In this document: positions 51,881 to 64,000 of the stretch, in pieces | Numbering within the stretch: position 1 is the stretch's first letter | How the letters are laid out: the number at the start of each line of letters is the position of its first letter | Source: Vicugna vicugna | Taxonomy: Eukaryota | Assembly: GCA_013265495.1 (NCBI GenBank) | Contig: MU058844.1 | Location: 9,258,184-9,322,183 of the forward strand | Reading direction: 5' to 3' | Length of the DNA stretch: 64,000 bases | The notes under the pieces: model-generated | The model's database searches: none | What the model was told of the DNA's origin: nothing | Seen by the model: only the letters and a program-made list of their open reading frames with translations | Position numbers and translations under genes: made by a program

Positions 51881-54800
51881 CTAAAGGAGAGAAAAAGTGA
51901 AGTTAAAATCAATAAACAACTTGTTAAAGGATTCTCTATCTTCATACTATCCACTTAAGAAACGTTCCTGTTAAAGTATTTTTTATTCTATAGGTAACAG
52001 ATTATTTGGCTTTCACATAATTTTATCTGAATCACTATTTCTTTGGCTCTTCCAGTAATAAACACAGAACAATTCATCAATATCAGTCCATCTGTAGAAT
52101 CCATTCTCACAGACCATTCTGGACTTTCTAAAGAAAATATGATATTTCCCAGAAGAGCAGGCAATAAAATTTTTTTCTAGTGGTAACATAAATTATCAGC
52201 ATTACGTTCTTCACACGTATTTCAGGAACAAAAACGAGAACTCTCAAAATTAAGTGCACAGAAAGGTCAAAGGTAGTTGTGTGCCTAAGATACAGACTAA
52301 GGATGTTTATTCCTTAATTTATTAAATAATAATAGGATGCTTAGAGGAAACAGTCACATTCTAACTGGATCCTATTACACTGTTACCCTGGGGTCATGTT
52401 ACCACAGGATTAGAGCTGAGCAATTCTTTACTGATGAATTCTGAAACTCTGAGGAATCAACCCTGATGAGTTAGATCTGAAGCTGACAGATTTGCCTTAC
52501 ATTACATTTTGGGCAAAAGGAAGGACTGTTACACCACAGTACTATAGCTTTCACGAATCTGTTTCTAGCAGCTATCATTGACAGTGAACGTATTCAATGT
52601 TAATACAAGATTAATATTTGAAAACTAGGCACAATAGTCATCATAAATAAGAACTGATGGTAAATGCAACAATTAATTTCATTTATTGCTTCACTATAAA
52701 CATTAATCATCATTGGCTTAAAAAGACTTTATGATGTGACTATTCAGAGTGAGAAGGTGAATGCTTGGTAAGAAATAAGTTATATGACACTCACACGTAT
52801 TTTCAATCACCTCTTATTAGAGCAATTATTATTACTCTGTGAAGAAAATAATTATTTTACCTAAAAGGGCACACATGGTCCTAAATAATGAAGGTGCTAC
52901 TAGTTATACCTTTTTAGTACAGCTCTGTGACTATGACACACATACATGAATCAGAAGAATGAAAAAAGAAGTTGACCTTCTGTTTGTTACTAAAATTGCT
53001 GCTCTCCTCGGGTACCACTAATAAAACATAGGCATCAAGCTGTGGAATGTACTTTATCTACCAGCAGAACACCTGGTCTCTTGGCATATTTCACATGCAG
53101 CTTTGTTGGCATTTGATAGTTACTTTCCAGGTTGTATGACATGGTTAGCATGCAGCCGACTCTTTTGATCACCTTAGGGGTATTAGAAATCCTAAGCCCC
53201 TGACAGTAAATTTCACACATGCATTTTCCCATGTAAACTGAGCAGCTCTTTCCCTACTATATCCTGTACTGTCTTCCATGATTTTTGCTAATTTGTCAGC
53301 CCTATTGAGATCTTTTCCTACAGTTCACTATCTTGATGAAAATGATATTAAATCAATTTGTAAACACTCTTTCTTAAAAATGGTTGTTCATTTGGCAGAA
53401 GATAAAAAGTGAGGTTTTTTTCATAGATAATATATTATCTATATATTTATGGCAGACAGTGATAATTAATATCAGTCATTATTTCACTTAAGATATTTTA
53501 GAATTTTCTCTCCAACTGCCTGTCCCTTCATTTAGAGGTCATTTTTTTCAATAATTCTGAATATCATTGTAACTGTAAACTTTTAGATTAAATAATACAG
53601 AGGGTAAGATTAATCAACTGCAAGGGACAGAAAGGAATAAAAGCCTAAGGAGAACATAAATGAGTAGTAATTCATTTGTAAAATTTAGGAGATAATTTAA
53701 AAGATAGGTTTCTGTTTACCTCTCTAGTGAATACTTCTTTAGAGGTTATTTACCAATGTTGCTTTGTCTATAAAATGGTAGCTACTTAAATCCATTTGAC
53801 CCCAAAAAAGCTAGACTTATAAAATGAGACCATGCATGAAAAAGCATTTAAAATTATACAGGATAGAATTTAATGTCTTATTAACAAAATTATTTCCTTA
53901 TTTCTAGCAATTTTTTAAAAATTTTTCCCTGTGCTAATAACACAAAAGGCAGAAACATCAAAATAATTAGAGGTTATCATCAAAGATTGTCATTAAAAAC
54001 AACTAAAATTCAGTTAAAGGAGACAGAAAAGCCATACCGCCTTCTTGTCATTGGTCTTTGATAACCACTTTTTTTTTAAAGAAAGAGTATAAAGATTTTT
54101 ATCAAGCATCATTTTCCATTCATTAATCTAGACTCTATTCATGAAATCTGGTCTTACTTCTAAAATATTCAGGTGGCAGTTTTCAATTTTCTGGGTATTT
54201 GGTATGGTGTAGGAAAAAACTGCACAATTTCATATTCTCAATGTAGATCTTTTATAAGAAGCTTGAGAGTAACAAAATTGAAAGATCAGTTTAAAAATAG
54301 TTTATTATATTATTAATATGTGACTAAAATTGAGATGATAAAGTTTCTTGTTTATAATCACATTTTACAGGTAATGATCATTAAAATACAAAAGATAAAC
54401 CCTGTTTAGCCTTCAAAAACACATAAACCATGCTCAAAAAAATAAAATAAAAAAACAACTATTCTAGGTAGGAAAAATTAATCAGAAACAAAAAAATGAC
54501 ATTTCAAAGTATATTCAAAATCTTGAATATGAGATAAAAATACAACAATTATTCAATTGTCCAAAAATTCAACAACAATGCTTACCCCTAAAACACAAGC
54601 ATGCTGCATCTTATTCTTCTGAATCTTTTGTTATTTGCTTTATGTACTTATACCCTCTCTACCTTAAAAGTAAAGACATGAGATGATGACCTAATGTATT
54701 TTCCAAAAAGCCCTGTGACCTGCCAATATACCGTCCTGGCTTTTGTAGGATCCGCCACAATACTTAGTTTTCTGGAGAACTTGAAAGACACCCAGGTGGG

Positions 54801-55324
54801 AATAACACTCTGTGCCCCAAATAAAGACATGACAGTGACTTCTATCTCAGATATAAGAAAGAAGACAGTATGAAGGTGCTCTTTGAAAAATAACACTTTT
54901 AATGTATACAGGTATTTAAAAATGCAACCCACACAAGGAAAACTAAAGGCTGATGATTCATCACTCAGGAATGGCAGGACAGTGATAGCAGCTGGTGCTT
55001 TGTGATTTCCAGTTTAATGAGCTGCTTTTGAAGACAAGGAAAGCCATTAATGTAAAATGGGGCCATTAATGCAAAACATTAAGAAAAATATGGTTGGAAT
55101 AACATGGGTTGTAGCAGAAGAGGAATGAAGACTGAGGTATGTGGTAAGATTAATAGTTTGGTTGTCTTACCTTGAAAAAATTTTCTTAATTGATCTAGAA
55201 AATCTGAATGGCAAATCTCTAAATACTCGGATAAAAAGATGTCTAGATAAACGACAAAACTTCATAGTTCCTAAACTGAAGCCCTCTATCACCCTACTCT
55301 GTAATAAAGGCTTGTAAAAGACAA

Positions 55325-55490
55325 ATGCACATATTCACAAACATAAAATATATATTCACTGACATACACGTGTACTGTCTATATGTACACATGTATATAC
55401 ATGCATATGCTTTGTATGGATGTACTTTATATGTGTATATATATATATACACATACACACACACCACACATATATGTATATATATATCTC
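55325..55490. repeat. (TA)/(CA) low-complexity tract
   Basis: Directly visible. Confidence 0.85.
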
Positions 55491-55759
55491 AATTCAGGCT
55501 AACAAATTAAGAAAAAACAAAATAAGAAGGGGAAATAAAAATTTTACCCGGAGGAAAGAGATTCATCACCAAATGATGGTTGGAGTCAGTGAGTTGAAAA
55601 ATGTAAGGTATGATTCTGCTTACTTAAAAAATCCAACACATCAACAATATTCTTGGCCTTATATAGTGGATTTACAGATGATATTCCCACTCTCTAGAGT
55701 GAACCCCCACCCTTTTACTACACCTGGTTAGTCCTACTTCACACAAGTACTTAACAACA

Positions 55760-56010
55760 CTGTGAAAGTGCCACCTCTCCTGGAAGCTGTCCAAATCCAC
55801 GGTTTGTGTTAAAAGCCTTCCCCTCCACTTCCATGGCCCCAGGATCTGCAAACTTCCTCTGAGCCTCGGGACACTAACAATGCCTACCTACTGCTAAGTC
55901 TCCTCCATTATTCTGGGTGCCAGAAGAATGACTTTGCATCTTCAGCACAGAATAGGCATTTAGTACATTTGCTGACCAATGAAATGAGTGACTAATTGAG
56001 TGAATAAGCA
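55760..56010 (+). mobile_element. L2 3' end
   Basis: gccacctctcctggaagct...cagcacagaataggca...tgaaatgagtgactaattgagtgaat. Confidence 0.55.
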
Positions 56011-56077
56011 CAGGTATGAAAATCATAACTTGTAAAACTACACTTTCTCATTCAAGAGAAGCCTTTGAAACTCACAG

Positions 56078-56533
56078 TGTGAAGTAAAAGCTGGGCTGGT
56101 CTAACAAGATAACTCACAGGTCTAGGAATGTGAAGGAGAGGCTGGGCTGGACTAACAAGTCTAAGTACTGGAACACTGATCTGAGTTCTGCTGGACTAAC
56201 TTGTAAATCTAAGTTAATTAGTGTTGGTTTGCTGTTTATGTTTTTTGCTAGCCAGCTGGATTTTCAAAGATACATATCTGGCTTTGGAATGTTGGTTTGC
56301 TGCCGCCCCGCCTCCACTTTTGTGATGATAATGCTGCTAAAGCTGTTCCATGCCTATTGGCCGAATACCCCAAACTTGTACTTTACCCTATAAAACCTCA
56401 TGTGCACATTTTGGAGGTGCTCAGAGCTTCGGAGCAGAAGCCCCTCTGAGCCCGCCGGCGTAATACATCTGAGTACTCCAACCCTCCCTCCGAGTGGTGC
56501 TTGTTTCTTGACTGGCCTGTCGTTTCCGTAACA
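56078..56533 (+). mobile_element. Solo ERV LTR (ERV1-like, 456 bp) with perfect 4-bp TSD
   Basis: TG...CA termini; ACAG at 56074-56077 and 56534-56537; GC box 56306-56315, ATTGG 56356-56360, TATAAAA 56389-56395, AATACA 56462-56467. Confidence 0.85.
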
Positions 56534-57899
56534 ACAGAACTTAATGAATATTAGCAGAAATGGAATGACTCCATTGGGGATATTTCATCAAACGTCAAGC
56601 CTCTGGCTGCAGGCTTCCCCACGGCTCTGAAGCTGCCTCTGCGGAGGATACTTTAGCAGCCGTATAATTTTTTATGGGTCTGAACAACTGTGAGATGAAG
56701 GGCAAAGGTGTGGCAAGTTCAGCATTTTAACTGCGAGAACCGCACCACAGATTGGAAAAAAAAAAAAGTCTACAGGGTTTTTGAAATTACTATTTGACTT
56801 TCTCTTATTTTTTTCTAGGGTATGGAATGTGAATAAGTCATCTAACAATTAAGAGTAAAAGATAATGCGAGTTATATAAACACACAGCAGGACAAAAGGC
56901 CTTGCCTACAACCTTCCTGCCATGCCTTCTTTTCCAATCCTTTGCTTTTGGTTTCTTTTCCTTTGTGCTCCTTTGGCACTGATTTTTTTTTTTTTTTTTT
57001 TTTTGCGGAGGTGGTGGGGGTTCACCCTGCCTCCATGATAGCAAACTGGAAGAAAATAAATATGGCCAACAGTAAATCCCCCACTCCCAAAACAACACCC
57101 CATCTGGACGAAGAGGGAGTCTTCTGTTGTGTAGTTCTCTGAAGTAATGTGAATATAGGACCCAATCCAAAAGGACAGAAGCCCACAACAAGACAGAAAT
57201 GTATGCAAAGCAGCTCAGCTATGGTGGCTGGAATATTTGCAGCAGTTAACAGATTAACCTGTCAGACAGCAACCTGACAAATCCAGAGTTGGCAGATGCA
57301 GAGATGCAAATACGCACTTAATATACCTGCAAATTCTAACCAAAGAACAGACTGTGTTATGTGTGGCTTATATGTGTCTATGGGAAATGAACATTTTAAG
57401 AATATTTTTATGGGTTCACAATATTATTTTTCCTCATGAAGATCAAAGATCAAGAAAACAAACTATATGATGAATGAATTGTATATTTAAATGTTTCATA
57501 AATGCAGGTGTGCTCTGTGCTCACCTTTCCTGTACTTCTGGGAACCCCAATATTAAAAATTCAGATCCTATTAATCCTGACTATACCTACCAAAAATAAA
57601 GGAAGAATCTTACAAATAAAGAGATGCCTGGGAGCTCACTGGAGAAGTAAGAGACTATTCAACAAACATTCTGGGGACCTACTGTGGCCCAATTTTCAGG
57701 TTAGTGCCCTAGTGGATTCAATGACATATGAAATATATTCTAAGACCTCCCAGAATGTGCAATGTTATGAAGATAAGTAAGTTAAAAGTAGTATGCATAA
57801 AAGTAAAATAAAACAAGTGGCATCCAGGTTTGTTGGCAATGCACAATTTCAATGCAATTGAAATTCTAAAGTCCACCTAAGAGATGAGGAAGATATTTC

Positions 57900-58870
57900 T
57901 GAAAGACCTTGAGAAATGACTACTTTCTCTTGTCATTCTGCATGTTCTACTTTGCAAAACCTACTCACTCTCATGATTTAAACACCAGTGCTCTACACTG
58001 TTGACTTCCTAAGAGTCTCTCTCCAACCACAGATGTACTTCTTGGACCAAGGCTTTTACTTCCAACTACTGGTTGGGCATCTGTATGTTAATGTCCAAAA
58101 GACACACTATAGGCCATACGTCCAAAACCTCCCAGTTTTCCCAACCCCAAACCATTCTCCTGTGTTTCTAGTTTAGTAAAATATTCAAAACCATCCTCCT
58201 ATGTTCTCAGGTTCAAAGTCTTGGACTCCTCCACTGCTTTACTCCCATCCTTGAACCAGATCTGACTGCTCCCTCATAAGCTTGCTGGCCTCAACTAAAC
58301 ACAGCCTGAAAACTAATCTCCTTCATTCCACTGTGTGTATTTGCCTATGTTCCCAACACAATGTTGCAGGACTTAACCTTCCTTCATATTTTTCTCTCTT
58401 TCTTACGAAGCATTAGTGCTCTCCATTCCTTACATACAGAATGTAACCAAAACTTCTTGTCTAAATGTTATGCAACTGGCCCCTACCTATGTATCTAGCC
58501 GTTTCTCTCTTCATTTGTACCAAACGCACTAGCCATCCTGGAACCTTCCTTACACGCGCCTGCCTTTGCTAATGTTGACTCAATCTTCCTGGAATGCCCT
58601 CCTCCCCATGATGTCACTTTACAAAGAAGTACTCTTCATCCTTCAAATGTCTGCCGGCCAAGAGTTCCTCCTGACATCTCCCTGATAAGACAGCTCTCCC
58701 ACTCTTTCCATCACCCTTGCCTGGCTTTATTCTTCTCCATAACCCATCACATATTACACAGCTCTTTATATGTTTAGTGCCTATGTCCAGCCATAGAATG
58801 TAAACTTCTAAAAAGAAAGCCAGAGACATATTTCTAAAAAGGAAGCTCAGTAATATTGGTTGAATTAATG
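57900..58870 (+). mobile_element. L2 3' region (~1 kb)
   Basis: cactctcatgattta...ctctctccaacc...cctggaatgccct...catccttcaaatgtc...tagaatgtaaacttc...gctcagtaatattggttgaattaatga. Confidence 0.75.
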
Positions 58871-59784
58871 ACATTTAAACCTTCAGACACTATTCAATCT
58901 CATCTTTTCCTCGAGAGAGAGAAACCGTGTTGTCCTCTTAGGGCAAAGATCACAGTCTACCTTACATTACCTGTATTCATATATATTTCAACCCAACCAC
59001 ACTGAAGGGACAGTGGTTTACTCATATTTTTTAATCTCTTTTAGCAACTAAGGAACATTCAATAATGTATATTGAATTGAGCTAAATTTAATGTGATTAG
59101 AAATCTCTAAACAATTAAAGCCTTCTCCAATCCATAGAAAAAGATTATCTTCAGGACGGAAATTAGAAAGACAATGAGGATGATTGAAATGTCAAATGAT
59201 CTGCAGTTTGGGCATCTAGGAAAGCCGAAAAGAACTTCCAGACCCAGAGAAAACCTGAAACACCGAGGATTCTTCCTTATTTGGAAACACCACTTTTGAG
59301 ATTGAATGCTCTGTATGTTAATTCTATCTCTGATGGCAAGCTCTTCTTCTGCCCTCTCATGTGGCTCCCCATCCAGGCCACAGTGAATTTCAGAGTGATT
59401 TAAAGTCTTGAGGTAGCACGAAAGTTTTCATATGATTCCTTCAGGCTTTTAAGGAGCTCAGTGATTTTTTTTTATTTGGTTAGGCTGTACTATGTTTTCA
59501 GGGTCAGTGGTTTCCTCTCATGTTGATACTTTTATATTAGATTATAACCTGCTGAGTCCCCTTTTATTTTACAGCTAAATGTTCAGTTGGACTCTACGTG
59601 GCTGGTGCATAATGCAGAGTTGCAAAAAGTGAAGGATAAGGATTGCATCCAGCAGATCATCTGGACTGCTTAACAATCTTAGAGTCTTCAATGTAAGGAA
59701 TATTTGTTTTTCAGATGACCAGAGTTGTTTAAAAAACAATCACAGGGCTTTGACTCTACAATGACACAAACACCTTTATGTATA

Positions 59785-59900
59785 TGCATTAATTTATTTA
59801 CGCACTCAACAAAAATTTGAGTACCAACTACCCACAATGCACGACGGTAGACCAAAACGCAATAAAACATGGTCTCTGTACTCAGAGAGAACATAGTCCC
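59785..59900 (-). mobile_element. L2 3' end
   Basis: cactcaacaaaaatttgagtaccaacta...catggtctctgtactcagagag. Confidence 0.55.
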
Positions 59901-60806
59901 CTACCAAATGTTTTCTTTTTCACAAGCAAGTTTTTATATAAAGCATCTTAATTTTCATCTTTAAAATCTAAACTAATAGGATCACTCTTTTAAGATTATT
60001 AACAGGTTGTGTTTCAGAATTCTGATGCTACAGAGATCTAATGTTAATAAAGAGGCCAATGCCCTACAGGATTCCAGTGATTGTGGAAGTCCGTTTCCCC
60101 GCTAACCTTCTATGATTCAACGTGTATTGGATTCCTGAATAGAGATGAATAGGAAGATGGTATCACAAGCCTTTATGAAGTTGTCTAGAGAAACAGTACT
60201 GTTTGGAGATACCAGGTAAAAGAAGTATTTGTCTCATATCTGACACATTCATGAATATTGATGCTTTTAACTTTGGTTTGTGAAAACACCTTTCATGGTA
60301 AGATTTAAAAAATCCTTGAGTGTCTTCAGTGCTGCAAATCAAATAGTTCAATACTCCAGATAAATTGCCTGTTGTTCAAACTGTCTAGGCCAATTCTCGA
60401 ACTTGCATTTATAATGATGAATTGGATTCCCCTAAATCAAAAATCAATTTCATACTGTATCAAAGTTATACCTCAGTTGAAAAAATAAAAATATTTCATT
60501 TAAAATACACTTTATAAATCTGTATTAAACCAACTGATATTCAATCAAATTATATTCATTTTATTAGCTTACTTAAAGCAACTGAGTATCGCTGATACTT
60601 GTGAAGATTTTGAAAGAAACAGGGAAAAAGCATTTAACGTTAAATATAATGAATATTTTTCTATATTCAGATACAACATTTCTTTAAGATAAAAAGTACA
60701 TAAGTATAAACCTCAAGGTAAAGTCTGCAAACATTTTCAGTCAGTAATCAAACAGTCTCGGTGCAAAAGAATCCGCCAGTATAATTATCCCTGGGAGAGT
60801 GAATAC

Positions 60807-60947
60807 CTTTGGCAGCCCCGTGGTTCCAGATGTATAGAGAATATACAGTGGATGTTCAGAAAGAACAGGAACACAATCGTGTGACTGTGCTCTCGCCATC
60901 TCTTCATCCCAGTCAAGGTCACGACCCGGAGCCAGAGGAACCGGCTC
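60807..60947 (-). CDS. ACSS3: ACSS3 coding exon (~exon 5, 141 bp, phase 0-0): [47 protein letters not shown]
   Basis: Pyrimidine tract plus AG acceptor (60949-60948) and GT donor (60806-60805). Encodes the AMP-binding P-loop [10 protein letters not shown] of ANL adenylating enzymes. Confidence 0.97.
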
Positions 60948-62999
60948 CTAAAAAACAAAAACAAGAATATGTACTGAGCAAAGGAGATTAAATCAGAAGA
61001 CTGAGAGTAGCTAAATCTGCATTAGTCTGAGCATCTGACTGAAATCTAGGCCTATACAACACTAAATATCAGACTTATGACTCAATATCTCAGGGTTTGA
61101 GTTAAGATAAATGTTCATAAAAAAATCCAACAATTTGATGTTGGCTTCAACTGAACTTACAAAAGAAAATGTTTTATTCAAACTTAGGGATAATCTTAAA
61201 AAATTCGGTGTGATGCTGGCACATTTTCATCAAGTCAGCACTTACCTAACAGAGGTTCATGTTTCTATAGATGTATGTACACTATTAACTTCATAAACTA
61301 ACTTGTATTTTTCATAACCTATTTCTTTTACTTTGGAATCTACTGTCCTCACAGTGAAATCTCAACTAACCCATTAAAATTTCTCTTTATACAAGGGCCA
61401 TTTAGAAGTAATACTGTGGCCATATTTCTGACTGAGAGAGTATTAAATCATTTTTAGGAGTGAGGGATAAATCTTCTTTTGCTTTTTCGAGAACAAAAAT
61501 CAATTTTGGAAATTAATGAGAGGATATGACGTATTTAAAATACTATATGAGTTTTCTTCCATCTAGGTTATTGGTTAGTATGGTAGAAATGCTTGTTTCC
61601 TTTTTTGCTCCTAGAACCAAGCTCTGTGTTGTAAACTTAACAATAATAATGAACCATGAATTAGACAGATACACCTTAAGTTAGACAGACCTCTTCAAAA
61701 GCCAGCTAGATGATGTAAGTAGCTTATGGAAAACTTACTCTAATGAGGACTTACAGCTATTTAGAGTTAAGACCCAGTACATCTCTAGTCATTTTCTGAT
61801 GACAAGCTCAAGATGACACATCAGGAAGTTTATAGCTGGTGAACCTGTTAGCATAGGCACAGGCAGGACTACACAGCCCTCTGTGAAGGTAAGTTTACCA
61901 CCTAGAGAATGTATGTAAACATTCATCTCATCTAGGTGACCCCTGACACTCAGAGATTTAGAAAAGCCAGGCCACTTCCATTCTCAGGTCTCTTAATATA
62001 TTAATCAGGGTTGTAAAAAAGGGTCACATATTTAAATGAGTACATTTACAAACTAACAGATCAATATAACATCACAAATATGATGTCTTTATGCATGAGC
62101 ACACTGAGAGACAACAATCTGAATTGACCTCCATGAAGGAGAAGTTTTAGGTCCAACTGGTTTCTCCGGCCTCACCCTGGAAGTTCCCTGGATGTGCCAA
62201 TTAGATACATAAAAATAGTTCACTGGGACCTAATTGTATAATTCCATTTGTTTTTATGTATTAGATAAACACAACTAATTTCAAACTAGCAAGCCTTTGA
62301 CATCACAATTATAGGACCTAGAAAAATTCATCACACTGCATAATAAAAAATGTCAATTGAGGAATCTCAAAAATAATTACAGATTGAAAGACATGAGGCC
62401 TTGAATGAATGGTTACTCCTCAGGCTAAGAAATAGAGGCATGTGTAAAGGAGATCTAATGAAAGGAAGAGAGGGGGAAAATCAACATTGGCTTTACATAT
62501 ACTCATCTACTTCTATAGACATGTCCTTCCTAGTTGTTAATCACTCTTACATGTTATACTGGGGGAGCACCAAGGGTGACTGATGTGACCTGCCCTGGAT
62601 GCTGTCATTGCTTGCCTGAGGCTTCGGAGTGGCAGCCAGGTTTTTATCTCCTCTGGCAAAATGCAATCCTGGTTAATGAGATGCATCACTGAACCTGATA
62701 ATTTTGTACCTCTCTAAACTCAAAGCAGAGCCAACTCGCTGGGCTTAATTACTGCCTCAACCCCTGGTCAGATATGAAGGACAAGAGACATCCATCTAAA
62801 ATAAAGGTAAGTCAGAAACAGAGAGAAAGGTCTCCAGAAAAAGAAAGAGGGAAAGTGAGCCAGTTATGGGTGGGGGAGGGGGAGTGGATGGCTACCTATT
62901 AAGAAGAAAGAGGTGATATGTGCCTTAGAAATATCTGAACAGGACACATTCACATGTCCATATCTAGAGGGTCTATAAAGTAAAAGAAATAGGGTATAT

Positions 63000-63210
63000 C
63001 TTGTTGGTTAAAAGCCATGAAACTGAGTTCAAATCTTAGCTCCACCACTTATTAGCTATGGCTTTGGGCTATGATCTACCTGTGACTCAGTTTCTTCACC
63101 TATAAAATGGGGCTAGTAATAGCATCTACTTCACTGGTTTGTAAGAATGTAAGAATTAAATAAGGAGTATTTGAAAGTACTTAACTTGGGCCTAGCATGA
63201 GTTCTTATAA
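63000..63210 (+). mobile_element. MIR
   Basis: ctgagttcaaatcttagctccaccacttattagctatg...ctgtgactcagtttcttcacctataaaatgggg. Confidence 0.8.
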
Positions 63211-64000
63211 ATTATACATGAATTCATGTATGTGTGCACAGAGCATACACAGTCACATAAACACTTGTGTGTGTGTGTTCCTACGCTTCCTCTAACCTCT
63301 TACCCAAAGCCTTCTTTATTGCTGACTTTGTGTTCCCTGACTGAACAGCAACAAGCCTTTTTTTTTAAATATGCTGGAGGTCACCTGAAAGAAACTGAAA
63401 ACTCTTCAACAGTAAAAATATTAAAATCATTGAGTGTAGTAGTTCATGAATCACAGACTACTAAACCTCTGCACGGGAATTTAATGTGGTAATGGGAATT
63501 GCTAGGTGGTAATCAAAGTGACATAGCTTTAATGCTCTCTGTTCTTATATCTTGTCATTTAAGTGTTTTCTGCAGATAACCTCTCAAGAGTCCACAAAAT
63601 TACACATGACTCTTTGCCCGCTTGCCGTTTTACTTCTGCAAAAACTTTTAATGTGTTAGAAACCCAAGTTGGTCCCATTATCAACAGCTAGAGACTTGCT
63701 TGGACGTAGAAATGAGGTGTTCATTAGGGCAAATTTACTAAAAAAGCACTGTAAAATATCATCATTGATGCATTAGATGGCTTTTTTTTTCCTTCACTGA
63801 TCACAGAATAATTTATCTGTTTAGAATATTCATATTTTGTTTTCATAAACATTATTTCCAGACCAAATATCTTTTCTAAAGTTTTTAAAAGACATTTTAC
63901 ATGCAAATTAATCACACCTCTCCACAAAGCTGGGTAGCCAAGAGATTATGCATATCGAGTATAAGCATTCCGATCATGACCCTGACACTAGCTGGACAAG

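Larger units (their letters stand above)
1293..60947 (-). other. ACSS3: ACSS3 gene body (partial): eight internal coding exons; gene extends beyond both window ends
   Basis: Exons 60947-60807, 51880-51800, 51715-51620, 35927-35776, 27780-27677, 12288-12193, 9436-9373 and 1374-1293 join with matching phases into 816 bp / 272 aa with no stop. The translation closely matches mammalian ACSS3 as I recall it. Confidence 0.97.

Noticed and set aside
56983..57004. T22 tract as the tail of a minus-strand retrocopy (also the A-tract near 39687-39711)
   Set aside because: No TSD, no well-placed polyA signal and no recognisable body.
60809..60991. Plus-strand 60-aa ORF
   Set aside because: Antisense shadow of the real minus-strand ACSS3 exon.
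60948..64000. Further ACSS3 exons upstream (and downstream in 1-1292)
   Set aside because: No segment translated to recognisable ACSS3 sequence; the neighbouring exons probably lie outside the window.

Overview
AT-rich placental-mammal DNA lying entirely within one minus-strand gene, ACSS3 (mitochondrial short-chain acyl-CoA/propionyl-CoA synthetase). Eight consecutive coding exons were read by hand (141, 81, 96, 152, 104, 96, 64 and 82 bp; exons 5-12 by recalled human numbering). All have GT-AG sites and splice into one open 272-codon frame containing the [11 protein letters not shown] and DHWWQTETG motifs. Of the supplied ORFs, only 27594..27809 (-) overlaps a real exon in frame; the rest look spurious. 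The introns hold ancient repeats (MIR, L2, L3/CR1, old L1, MLT1, MER3/33, MER5), two solo ERV LTRs and microsatellites. I recognised no lineage-specific SINE, which suggests a SINE-poor lineage such as a fruit bat (inference). The most notable oddities are a ~180-bp polyadenylated LTR-like retrocopy with a TSD, a GC/CpG-rich L2 island with a C22 tract between 8-bp direct repeats, a near-identical 464-bp tandem duplication, a CpG-rich intronic patch, and an antisense LTR with promoter motifs. I found no convincing new gene or new biological system. Ancient-repeat boundaries and family names are by-eye estimates.
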